From positions 1-27,372 of the forward strand of contig JAKLZA010000341.1 of the NCBI GenBank assembly GCA_030704615.1: a DNA stretch of 27,372 nucleotides. Direction: 5' to 3'. Position 1 is the stretch's first letter. The number at the start of each line of letters is the position of its first letter. Of the stretch, positions 1 to 9,306 are shown one piece after another. The notes beneath the pieces were generated by a model, which worked only from the letters and a program-made list of their open reading frames with translations, did no database searches and was not told where the DNA came from. Position numbers and translations under genes: made by a program. This DNA comes from Takakia lepidozioides. Lineage: Eukaryota > Plantae > Bryophyta.

Positions 1-695
1 CAGGTAAAGTCGATTGCAGCCGTTGTACCGCCCCTGTTGATGTTCACCACAATGTCCTGCCCTTCAATCATACCACCATCGTATATGGAAAGCTTCACGT
101 TTTCGTCCTCCACACCAATGCGAATGTCCCCATACAATGGAGAAGATGAGCGCACTCCTTCAGGAGTATAAGTCTCTCCAATGGAGTCCACCCACGTCCA
201 CTGGCAGCAGTTCCACCGCAACAGCATAGCAGTGCGCATTCTTCTGCATGGGTGCCCGTCGTAGCTGGGAAAATCGGAATCAAGGATGCGCAGGAGCCAC
301 GGACTCCTCAGACCAAGATCGTCACCCCGCTCGAAGGCGTACTGGCCTGGGAGATACTCAAAAGCGGACAATGTTTCCACATTTGAACCAGTTTCTTCTG
401 TGTAATCTGTGTACCAGATAACGATGTCTCCCGATGTGGCCGAATACATTGCATAATCGATGCCTCCATAAGGGCAGTCGTCCCGGTTCCGGAAGCACGG
501 CATCCTTGCAAAGGAGGACCTGAGGACGTCTTTGATGCCGATGACAATGACCTTGCGGACAGCAATGAAGCCCTTAGATTTTGGAAATGATGCGAAGCGG
601 AAGAGCAGTCCGGGCTCAAATAATGGAGCATCTGGGTCCCACGCACCCACCGACGGAGGTGTAACGTGTTCATGACGCCCATACCTCTTTCTCAT
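1..695 (-). CDS. Uncharacterised protein ('DCPY...RWNCCQW...YGDIR...YDGG' family), 3'-truncated by the window edge; absent from the ORF track
   Basis: Manual translation from ATG at 695 is stop-free for 231 codons to position 1 (MRKRYGRHEHVTPPSVGAWDPD...DDCPYGGIDYAMY...FEYLPGQYAFERG...PWLLRILDSD...RTAMLLRWNCCQWTWVDSIGETY...PLYGDIRIG...LSIYDGGMIEGQDI...IDFT). It aligns by eye with the paralogue at 14321-14843. The start codon is uncertain. Confidence 0.7.
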   Translation of the reverse strand, partial: MRKRYGRHEHVTPPSVGAWDPDAPLFEPGLLFRFASFPKSKGFIAVRKVIVIGIKDVLRSSFARMPCFRNRDDCPYGGIDYAMYSATSGDIVIWYTDYTEETGSNVETLSAFEYLPGQYAFERGDDLGLRSPWLLRILDSDFPSYDGHPCRRMRTAMLLRWNCCQWTWVDSIGETYTPEGVRSSSPLYGDIRIGVEDENVKLSIYDGGMIEGQDIVVNINRGGTTAAIDFT

Positions 696-813
696 CCACG
701 GGGTATAGGTTGAGATATGCCACCGAAGTCCATCCCCGGATGGAAATTCGGCGCCACATTACAATCGAAGGGGGATGGACTTTTGTCGTGTCGAGTGGCT
801 ATCGGCCCACCTG

Positions 814-818
814 GCAGT
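814..818 (+). repeat. 5-bp target-site duplication GCAGT (left copy)
   Basis: GCAGT immediately precedes the TG of the 5' LTR; an identical GCAGT at 14064-14068 follows the CA of the 3' LTR. Confidence 0.95.
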
Positions 819-1765
819 TGTTAGAGGACTGTAGGGGACTTAGACACTTATACGGGATCTGTAGGGTACCCTTAATTTTTGCACAGACTGAGACAAACAG
901 GAACCTTAGGGGTGACAGCAGCGCACTGTAGAAGGGGGTTACATAGCCCACACAGCCGACACAGCAGTCACAGCCCACACAGCCAACACAGCCCGTCACA
1001 GTCGTCACAGCCCACACAGCCCACACAGCCCGTCACAGTCGTCACAGCAGACACAGCCCACACAGCCAGTCACAGCCCGGCACAGCCACACAGCCAGTCA
1101 CAGCCCGACACAGCCAAACACAGCCAGTCACCGCTTGACACAGCTGTCACGATAATAGGGAACGAAGAGTAGGACAGGGAACGACTGTGGGGAACAACAC
1201 CAGTGAAGGGAACATGTTAGTTCACATACGACGGTTAGAGAGGGAAACGGTTAGAACCGCGGATAGGAGGATAAAGGGAAGAACGGGGAATAGGAAGGGG
1301 ATCATTATTCGGGGAGGACTTCGGAGACAGGCGGGAGCGGAGATCGGAGAGCACGATGAAGGAGAAAAGAGGATTAGTAGATGCTTGTTATATGCAAAGC
1401 TAGAGTGATATTGTAGAGCAGATTAGAGACATAATGGCTTCGGCCTGATACCTGATAAATCATAATCTGATACTTATACGATACAATCACACTGTGTAGA
1501 GAGATCTGAGTGAAGCTGTGGATTGAATGGAGGAGTTAAGGAAACCGATAAATTGATGAAGCAAACTGATACTTAATTATCAATGGTAAGGTAGCTAAGA
1601 TGAATGCGGAAAAGGAAACAAATAGGAAACACCCCCATGATACACTAGCTGTAGGTCATGACTGATTGTTCTGCGCGGGCTGAGTACTTAGAGATTTCCA
1701 ACTCTTCTATCTTGGAGTTTCCGCCTCGGATAGCGAAGGGATGGGTGAGTAAAAGCCGCGCGACA
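819..1765 (+). repeat. 5' LTR (947 bp)
   Basis: Starts TGTTAGAGGAC and ends GCCGCGCGACA; direct repeat of 13120-14063 with about 5 substitutions and 2 small indels by eye. Confidence 0.97.
940..1150 (+). repeat. CACAGC-based degenerate minisatellite inside the LTR (second copy ~13241-13448)
   Basis: Repeated ...CACAGC(C/A)... units of about 9-11 bp. Confidence 0.85.
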
Positions 1766-2353
1766 TTTGGCGACCATACTGGGGACCTGGGACATGAACA
1801 ACCAGATGTGACAGGCATCTGGTGGGATCATGGTGGTTGGACCATTAAAGAATTTGAAGTGAATCAAATTCCCTGTGGAACGAAGGAAGAAAGATTGTCC
1901 AAACAATTCTTTCAAAGGTTCTTGGAATTGCCAGACGGATGTAAAGAAAATATTCTTAAACGAGTGCATGATGCTGATCCAGAATGGGGTCTGGAGAAAG
2001 GAGTGATAAAGATTTATCAGGTAGCCTGTAGAGGAAGAGCACGTTGGTTACCAACATTAGTTTATGTGATAGCGTTGCTATCCATTAAACGAGTAGAGTT
2101 TGAAGGCTGGGAAGAAAGAAAGGTGAATGTTTATACTCATATGCATGAAGAGCTTGTACTGGTAAAGAATTGGATTCCAAAGGATATTTTGTGGATCAAA
2201 CTCACACCAAGAACAGCTTTTCAGACTTGTTTGCCATATGGTTATATGGTAACGGAGACTTCAAGTATAGCCAAGGGTGCATTGAAGCTTGAAAGAAATC
2301 CAGGCATATACGAGAGATATTACAGAAGAGAGTTTTGGTTATTGCCACATTAA
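1658..2353 (+). CDS. Extra ORF upstream of gag (ORF0, 231 aa), unknown function; may be a frameshifted N-terminal part of Gag
   Basis: Stop-free frame beginning in the 3' end of the LTR and crossing the PBS; globular-looking, W/Y-rich sequence; no recognised motif. Confidence 0.5.
   Translation: MTDCSARAEYLEISNSSILEFPPRIAKGWVSKSRATFGDHTGDLGHEQPDVTGIWWDHGGWTIKEFEVNQIPCGTKEERLSKQFFQRFLELPDGCKENILKRVHDADPEWGLEKGVIKIYQVACRGRARWLPTLVYVIALLSIKRVEFEGWEERKVNVYTHMHEELVLVKNWIPKDILWIKLTPRTAFQTCLPYGYMVTETSSIAKGALKLERNPGIYERYYRREFWLLPH
1768..1785 (+). other. Primer binding site, tRNA-Arg-like
   Basis: TGGCGACCATACTGGGGA lies 2 nt after the 5' LTR. The TGG start is complementary to tRNA CCA, and the sequence resembles Arg-type PBSs (TGGCGAC...CTGGGGA). 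The tRNA identity is inferred. Confidence 0.8.
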
Positions 2354-2454
2354 AAGAAATGAAAGACATGGGACATGAGTGATGAAAGAGAAGCTAGACG
2401 ACAAAGATATTCATCAAAAAGAGAAAGCTATCTGAAAGCTAATTATCCATATCT

Positions 2455-4560
2455 TTGGGAGAGAGGAATAGACATAGGGGAATCATCTGGACCTCTCACA
2501 CCATCAAGATCAAAAGTGCATCACCTATACCGGAAGAACTAGAGTTGGATGCCACTCCTTCTGTTTCTTTGCAAGAAAGATTAAGGGAATTGGTACAGGA
2601 AGAAGATCAATCACGAGGTGAAAGATCTGAGGTACATCCTTGGATAAAAGACTTGACAGAAATCTTTGATAAGAGTTGGCATGGAACACCAAAAGCAGGA
2701 ACTCCAGTTTCTGAAGCAGAAGATGAAGAAGGAGATGAGGATGTGGCAGAGCCAACGGAGAGTTCAGACTCTCCAACACCATTACAGTTGAGTTACATGA
2801 GTGAAGAAGAAACCCAAGGGCAGAACTTGGAGGATGAAAACAGAGAGAAGAAATTGGAAGAGGAAGAATATGAAGAAGTAGACCCAACAGCTGAGGTTGA
2901 GACTACAACCAGGACATCCCAACCCGTTGGACCTGGATCAAGTGGAGCACTTGGATCACAGGCCAACGAAGGTGTCGGCTCAGGGGGATCAGGCGGGCTG
3001 CCTGGATCTGGCTCTGGGGGGACAGGGAGTGTGGGAAGTAGTGCAACTGAAGCTGGGAATACTGTGAATATCGTGGGGCCAGAAGCAGGGAGTGCTCAAG
3101 GGCCACCACTTGGTGGAAGATCCACCACAAAAACAACAGGTCCAGAAGGACCAGCACCAGCAAGGGTGCCAGCACCTGTCAGTGGGCAGAAGGTAGGGCC
3201 ACAGATGGCGTTACAACCAACACGGGCAAAACCACCCTTTCCAATATATTCAGGAAAAGGGGATCCCGATGTACACATTAGCCAATTTGAGCACATGTGT
3301 ATAGTGAACAATGAGAATGGCGATGATGCCAAGATGAGACTGTTTCCTTGTTCACTTATCAAGAAAGCAAGTGAATGGTATGCAAGATTCCCTGATAATC
3401 ATTTCCTAACCTGGAATGGCTTGAATACAGCATTTCGAAATAGGTTCAGGACAAGTAAAACTGAGGATGAAGTGTATGGAAGTTTACAACAGCTGAAGCA
3501 GAAGAAGCATGAAACTGTTGAAGAGTATATGGAGAAGATGGAATTGATGATGAAAAAGCTGGCTGCAGTACCAGCACCCGGTTTACAGAAGACTTGGTTT
3601 GTGAGTGGACTAAGACCAGAGTTGCAGAAGAAAGTGGATATGTTACCCCATAATACAGTGGAGGAGGCATTTGAAACTGCAAACAGAATTGAGCAATTGG
3701 GAATGCTCAGGAGAGAGAAAAAGGAAGATGAGGACTCTGAAGATGAGTCAGATGAAGAAGAAGAGCAAGAACTAAAAAGAAAGAGTAAGAGAAAGGAAAA
3801 GTTGAAGAGGGATAACTATGAGAAAAGATTGGAAGAAATCTTGAAGAAGTATGCCACAGAGGCTGCAACACATTGGAGGAAGGGTGTATGGTGTGCAAAG
3901 TGCCAGAATGAAGGCCATACCACTACAGAATGCCACATGAAGGAGAAACACTGTACTATCTGTAAAATGGATAACCATTCTACTGAGAATTGTTACTACA
4001 ACAGAAGGACAGCTGCAAGAGAACCTAGGCAAGTGAGGGTGCATCAGGTGCAGCCCCAGCCAAGAAGAAGCAATGATCAGGACCACTATGGTAGGTCTGG
4101 TGGTTATAACAATGGCATGGAAGGGAGAGGTAATTCAAGAGGGAATTACCAAGGAAATTCCAGAGGCAACTATCAGGGTAATCCAAGGGGGAATTACCAG
4201 CCCGGGAATCAGGATTATAGAAATAATCCAAGACCAGACCAAGGGCGAGGACCCAATGGTGAAGAGCTATGTTACTATTGTAATCAGCCAGGACATCGCA
4301 AGGCAGCCTGTTCATTCTGGATAAGACACCAGAATGAGATGAGAGCTCCTGTGAATGAGGGCCCAGTGGTGGCAGCTCACATGGTTAGGCCATGTGTTGT
4401 ACCAGAAGTAAGTACAATGATAGTAACAAGAAGTAAAGCCAAACTAATACCTCCAGTAGAAGAGGAAGAAGATGAGACTGGAAGTGGCAATGATATGCCT
4501 GAAGATGAAGAGACTTGGAAGATGAGAAGGAACTGCACAAGGAAGTGGCAGATACTATAA
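2455..4560 (+). CDS. gag: Gag (long acidic and Gly/Ser-rich N-terminal extension, capsid domain, three CCHC zinc knuckles); likely start ATG 2375 with a frameshift near 2512
   Basis: FPIYSGKGDPDVHISQF, LFPCSL..KASEWY, TWNGLNTAFRNRF and MHR-like LKQKKHETVEEY; knuckles CAKCQNEGHTTTEC (3892-3933), CTICKMDNHSTENC (3952-3993) and CYYCNQPGHRKAAC (4270-4311). Confidence 0.92.
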   Translation: MGERNRHRGIIWTSHTIKIKSASPIPEELELDATPSVSLQERLRELVQEEDQSRGERSEVHPWIKDLTEIFDKSWHGTPKAGTPVSEAEDEEGDEDVAEPTESSDSPTPLQLSYMSEEETQGQNLEDENREKKLEEEEYEEVDPTAEVETTTRTSQPVGPGSSGALGSQANEGVGSGGSGGLPGSGSGGTGSVGSSATEAGNTVNIVGPEAGSAQGPPLGGRSTTKTTGPEGPAPARVPAPVSGQKVGPQMALQPTRAKPPFPIYSGKGDPDVHISQFEHMCIVNNENGDDAKMRLFPCSLIKKASEWYARFPDNHFLTWNGLNTAFRNRFRTSKTEDEVYGSLQQLKQKKHETVEEYMEKMELMMKKLAAVPAPGLQKTWFVSGLRPELQKKVDMLPHNTVEEAFETANRIEQLGMLRREKKEDEDSEDESDEEEEQELKRKSKRKEKLKRDNYEKRLEEILKKYATEAATHWRKGVWCAKCQNEGHTTTECHMKEKHCTICKMDNHSTENCYYNRRTAAREPRQVRVHQVQPQPRRSNDQDHYGRSGGYNNGMEGRGNSRGNYQGNSRGNYQGNPRGNYQPGNQDYRNNPRPDQGRGPNGEELCYYCNQPGHRKAACSFWIRHQNEMRAPVNEGPVVAAHMVRPCVVPEVSTMIVTRSKAKLIPPVEEEEDETGSGNDMPEDEETWKMRRNCTRKWQIL

Positions 4561-5408
4561 GGGAAATGCAAAAGAGTACTGATATTCCTGTGGCAGATTC
4601 CTCTGATTCGGATGGAGAAAAAGAGGGGAGTGAGGAAGAAAGGAAAAAAGAAGATGCAGACATGCAAAGTAATGAAGAGACTTTGGCTGAAGTAATATGT
4701 CAGACCAAAGCAGAAATTACCATTGGACAGCTATTAGCTGTGGCACCTTATTGTAGGCACAGGCTGTATCAGGCAATCAATCGAATTGCCCAAGAGACAG
4801 GAAACACAGACCTGAACAGCAAGGTGACCAGTTATAATGTGAAGCCGGAAGGGCGAGAACCAGTCATGGACTTTGATGATTCTATGCCAGTAATCCAATT
4901 GAGAATTGGAAGCACAGAACTAACTGATGTACTGATAGATGGTGGTTCTGGAGTAAATATCATGACAGACCAATTAAGGAAGAAGCTTGGTCTAAGTAAC
5001 ATGAAACCAGCCCCATTTACAGTAACAATGGCAGATCAAAGAAGTGTACAGCCATTGGGATTAATAAGAGGAGTTAAGATACAGATACAGAAAATGATCT
5101 TTATGATCACAGTAACTGTATTAAAAATGGATGAAGTCATGGAGGCTTACTCCTTATTATTGGGACGTCCGTGGCTGAAACAGGCCAGGGTATTCCATGA
5201 CTGGAATTCTCAGTTACTAACTGTGCATAATGGGATGCACGAGATACAAATTACCACAAAGAAATCTAGTAGATTACCTGCTACAAGAAGACCTCGAGGA
5301 GTCAGAGAGTATGACTGGAGGGAGGACTGGATGAGGAGCAGGAAGCTACCCTATTTGCTGCACACCCAGAATGGGAGCAGGTTGCAGAGATGCGGCTGGA
5401 AAGCCTAA
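4515..5408 (+). CDS. pol: Pol segment 1: aspartic protease (joined to gag near 4512 and to RT near 5320 by -1 frameshifts)
   Basis: VLIDGGSGVNIM active site (4938-4946) and the LLLGRPWL motif. Confidence 0.9.
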   Translation: MEDEKELHKEVADTIREMQKSTDIPVADSSDSDGEKEGSEEERKKEDADMQSNEETLAEVICQTKAEITIGQLLAVAPYCRHRLYQAINRIAQETGNTDLNSKVTSYNVKPEGREPVMDFDDSMPVIQLRIGSTELTDVLIDGGSGVNIMTDQLRKKLGLSNMKPAPFTVTMADQRSVQPLGLIRGVKIQIQKMIFMITVTVLKMDEVMEAYSLLLGRPWLKQARVFHDWNSQLLTVHNGMHEIQITTKKSSRLPATRRPRGVREYDWREDWMRSRKLPYLLHTQNGSRLQRCGWKA

Positions 5409-7243
5409 GTTGTTTGAGAGGTATCTGCTGTGGTGTAGTGACAGCAACACCAACTGAAGAAGAAACCAGCATTTACCCATCACATTTCTATGAAGAAAGA
5501 GAAGGAGAAATAGAAATCCTAGAAGAACCAGCCACTGTGAGCTTACAGGATGAAGTGGTGACTGGTTGGACAATCACAGCTGATGAGCAGGTGAGAGAAG
5601 TAAATGTGGGAACTCAGGAGGAACCGAGGATGGTGAAAGTAGGAGCTGATTTGGAGCCGGAATTCTTCGAAGAAGCTAAAAGCTTGTTCATCAAATACAG
5701 AGATGTATTTGCTTGGAGCTATGAGGATCTAAAAGGGATACCACCTGAAGTCTGTCAGCATAAAATTGAACTGGAACCAGGGTCAGTACCAATCAAGCAG
5801 GCGAGGTATAGAATGAATCCCAACTACGCACAGAAGGTTGGAGAAGAGATAAAGAAGTTGGCTGAGGCTAAGTTTATATACCCAATAGAGTATACAACTT
5901 GGTTGTCACCCATTGTTATAGTTCCCAAGAAGAATGGCAAACTAAGAGTATGTGTGAACTATAAGAAGCTGAATGCTTGTACGAAGAAAGATCCTTTCCC
6001 TTTGCCATTCACAGAAGCAGTATTAGACACTGTGGCAGGCCATGAGATGTACTCATTCATGGATGGCTTCAGTGGTTATAATCAAGTGCAAGTGGCAGAA
6101 GAAGACCAAGGGAAAACAGCTTTCATCACAGACTGGGGGGCTTATGCATACAAAGTCATGCCCTTTGGACTTTGTAATGCACCAGCGACCTTTCAGAGAG
6201 TGATAAGTGAATCTTTTCAAGAGTATCTGGATGATTTCATGCAGGTGTTTTTGGATGATTTCAGTGTGTACAGCTCTAAGAATGAGCACTTGCATAAATT
6301 GGAGTTATGCCTGGCCAGATGCAGGATGAGAGGTCTGGGCTTGAATCCAGAGAAGTGTACTTTCTGTGTGAACTCAGGGGTGCTTCTGGGACACATTGTG
6401 TGTAAGAAGGGACTCCTTGTGGATCCCAGGAAGACAGAGTCCATTAAAGCCTCTCCACCACCAGTGAATGTTAAGAGTTTAAGGAGATTCCTTGGGCAAA
6501 CCAGTTATTACAGAAGATTTGTCAAAAGGTATGCACAAATAGCAGCACCATTGAGCAAGCTTCTGAAGAAAGATGCAGTGTTTGCATGGACAGCTGAATG
6601 TCAACAGGCGTTTGAGGAACTTACACTGTCAGTAACAACTACACCTGTGCTGATTAACCCTCACTGGCATGTAGTATTTCATGTTCACTGCGATGCATCA
6701 GGAGAAGCGTTGGGAGCGGTGTTAGCCCAGAATGTTACAGGGAATATAGATTCACCTGTGTACTATGCTAGCCGGTTGATGAACAGTGCTGAGAGGAACT
6801 ATAGCACAACGGAAAGAGAAGCATTGGCAATGATCTATGCAGTGAAGAAATTCAGGCATTACCTATTGGGAAGAAAGTTTATGTTTTATGTGGATCACCA
6901 GGCTCTGATATATCTGGTGAACAAACCTTTGATAAGTGGAAGGATAGCGAGGTGGTTAATAATCTTGCATGAGTTTGAGTTCGAGGTTATTTACAAGCCT
7001 GGCCGTTTGCATCTTGTGGCAGATCATTTGTCACGACTAACAACAGGAGAGGCCGCCACAGGAGTGGACGATCAGTTACCTGATGCGAGTTTATTTGTAA
7101 TGGAGGTGCAAGGAAGTGCAGATGAATGGTTAGATTGGCAGTGGCCAATCAGATACTACCTTGCTCATGGTCAGTGCCCACCTAGTTATGGTAAGGAGCA
7201 GAGGAAGAGAATTGCTATCAAGCTTTACCTTATACTATGGTAG
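5390..7243 (+). CDS. pol: Pol segment 2: reverse transcriptase plus RNase H
   Basis: WLSPIVIVPKKNGKLRVCV, DGFSGYNQ, MPFGLCNAPATFQR and FLDD (6248-6259); RNase H motifs HCDASGEALGAVLAQ, ERNYSTTEREALA and YVDHQAL. Confidence 0.96.
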   Translation: MRLESLSCLRGICCGVVTATPTEEETSIYPSHFYEEREGEIEILEEPATVSLQDEVVTGWTITADEQVREVNVGTQEEPRMVKVGADLEPEFFEEAKSLFIKYRDVFAWSYEDLKGIPPEVCQHKIELEPGSVPIKQARYRMNPNYAQKVGEEIKKLAEAKFIYPIEYTTWLSPIVIVPKKNGKLRVCVNYKKLNACTKKDPFPLPFTEAVLDTVAGHEMYSFMDGFSGYNQVQVAEEDQGKTAFITDWGAYAYKVMPFGLCNAPATFQRVISESFQEYLDDFMQVFLDDFSVYSSKNEHLHKLELCLARCRMRGLGLNPEKCTFCVNSGVLLGHIVCKKGLLVDPRKTESIKASPPPVNVKSLRRFLGQTSYYRRFVKRYAQIAAPLSKLLKKDAVFAWTAECQQAFEELTLSVTTTPVLINPHWHVVFHVHCDASGEALGAVLAQNVTGNIDSPVYYASRLMNSAERNYSTTEREALAMIYAVKKFRHYLLGRKFMFYVDHQALIYLVNKPLISGRIARWLIILHEFEFEVIYKPGRLHLVADHLSRLTTGEAATGVDDQLPDASLFVMEVQGSADEWLDWQWPIRYYLAHGQCPPSYGKEQRKRIAIKLYLILW

Positions 7244-8804
7244 GAAGCAGAATGTATAAGTTAGGACCTGATGGAGTACTAAAACGATGCTTGTACCACC
7301 ATGAAGTAAATAAAGTCTTGGAGGAAGTTCATAAAGGAGTGGCTGGAGGTCATTTTGGAGAAGAGACTACCAGTAGAAAGATACTACTCGCAGGATACTG
7401 GTGGCCTACTTTGTTCAAAGATGTACATGAGTATTGTCAGAAGTGTGATGAATGTCAGAGGCTAGGACCTTTGCAGAGATCTGGAAGAATGGCCTTGCAT
7501 CCTACAATGCCTACGGAACCATTTCAGAAATGGGGACTAGACTTTGTTGGACCAATTAATCCACCATCCAAGAATACACAAACAGGTACATAATTACAGC
7601 CACTGATTATACTACAAAGTGGGTGGAAGCTAAAGCTTTGAGGGACAACACAGCCAAGTCCACAGCAAGGTTCCTGTACGAGAACATACTTACACGATTT
7701 GGATGTCCCTTAGAATTTATCAGTGATCAAGGAAGTCACTTCATGAATGAGACCATTGAGTTATTGACTAAAGAGTTTATGATTGTGCATAGAAAGAGTA
7801 CAACATATTACCCACAGGGTAATGGACAGGCAGAGGCTACCAACAAAATACTATGTACTATCTTGGCTAAGATAGTCAATGCAAACAGAACGGATTGGGA
7901 TACAAAGCTGCTGACAGCTTTATGGTCATACAGGACTTCGTATAAAGTCACCACAAAGTATACACCATTCCAATTAGTTTATGGTATGGAAGCCTTACTT
8001 CCAGTGGAATTCCTGTTACCTACCATGAGAACGGAGTGGGGAAAAAGAATGGAATTGCAAGACTCCATCAAGGTCAGGAAACATGAATTATACCATGTGG
8101 AAGAAGTACGTGCTGATGCAGCTGATAATATGACCAGAATTCAGATGAAGCGAAAGGAACAGTTTGATGAAGGCAAATTAAAGACTTTTAAGACGGGGGA
8201 TTTGGTTCTATGGTTGCAGAAGAAAGGAAAGATTCAAGCTTCTAAGCTTAAATCACCATGGAAAGGACCTTATGTCATACAAAAGATGTATGATAACAAC
8301 ACAGCCATGTTACAAACCATTAACAAAGAAATGCTGGGAAGAGTCAATGCAAATAAGTTGAAGGGGTACAGTGGTATCCATGACAAACCCCTGCAGCATG
8401 ATTTGCATGTTGAACCGCAAGAGCAGTCACGGGCTGCACCAGTGTTACGAACGGAGTATGGAACACTTGTCGCTAGGCCCAGTATATATGACCGGGGTGG
8501 GCAAAACAAACGTGACACAGCCTATCACAGCCCATCACGGCGTGACACAGCCTATCACAGCCCATCACGGCGTGACACAGCCTATCACAGCCCATCACGG
8601 CGTGACACAGCCTATCACAGCCCATCACGGCACACACAGCCTATCACAGCCCATCACGGCGTGACACAGCCTATCACAGCCCATCACGGCGTGACACAGC
8701 CTATCACAGCCCGTCACGACGTGACACAGCCTATCACAACCTACCGCAGCGTGTCACAGCCTATCACAGCTTACCACAGTGCAACACAGCCTATCACAGC
8801 GTAA
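7237..8804 (+). CDS. pol: Pol segment 3: integrase (HHCC, DDE, GPY/F), split by a frameshift near 7581; the conserved part ends ~8370 and the tail runs into a tandem repeat
   Basis: HKGVAGGH...CQKCDEC zinc finger; WGLDFVG, ISDQG and YYPQGNGQAE catalytic triad; SPWKGPY; VNANKLKGY. Confidence 0.94.
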
Positions 8805-8843
8805 CACAGTATGACACAGCCTGTCACAGCTCAACACAGCCTA
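8511..8843 (+). repeat. 30-bp tandem repeat CGTGACACAGCCTATCACAGCCCATCACGG (~11 units, degenerating 3'), built from 10-bp CACAG subunits
   Basis: Four perfect units at 8511-8630, then a 29-bp unit and progressively divergent units. Confidence 0.95.
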
Positions 8844-9306
8844 CTAAAGTTACACGATCCATAGAATCAGTGACAAGTGGACACATAAAAACTTCAGGAA
8901 AATGGCTGAAGGAAGAAGAAACGGAAATTAATTTAAAAATAGACACGTGGAGGTCAGGGTGCGACACACAGCAGAGAATGAAGTGCAAGGACAGGTGTCA
9001 AAAAGAAAGAGGACAAGAACGGCCGTCAAAAGGGATGAAAGGCGGGCCCATTAATGAATACGGAAAAAGGGAAACAGAACGAACGGCAAGTACAGAAAAA
9101 CTGAATTCATGTCGCATGTGTGATCCTAGTGGACTATCCAACAGGGAAAGTCCACTAAAGAAGATAAAAGTTAAAATCCAGTCACAGCGGATACAGCCAA
9201 TAGAAAACCAGAGAAATGATCAAGAAAATGGAGGGAAATTAGCGCAAGAGGCGGCGTCGTTCTGAGTAACGGGCGTCTCGACAGGACAGGCCATAAATGC
9301 TATAAC

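Noticed and set aside
799-1408. Short ORFs in the LTRs (also 13049-13703)
   Set aside because: They derive from the CACAGC minisatellite or GA-rich LTR sequence, and their frames differ between the two LTRs.
4500-4560. Programmed gag-pol ribosomal frameshift
   Set aside because: No slippery heptamer at the junction, and the same -1 pattern occurs inside integrase where programming is implausible.
8370-8804. Chromodomain at the integrase C-terminus
   Set aside because: The tail is repeat-derived and lacks chromodomain aromatic-cage motifs.
8870-9265. 131-aa ORF between integrase and ORF A
   Set aside because: GTG start, A-rich low-information sequence and no motif; probably a non-coding spacer.
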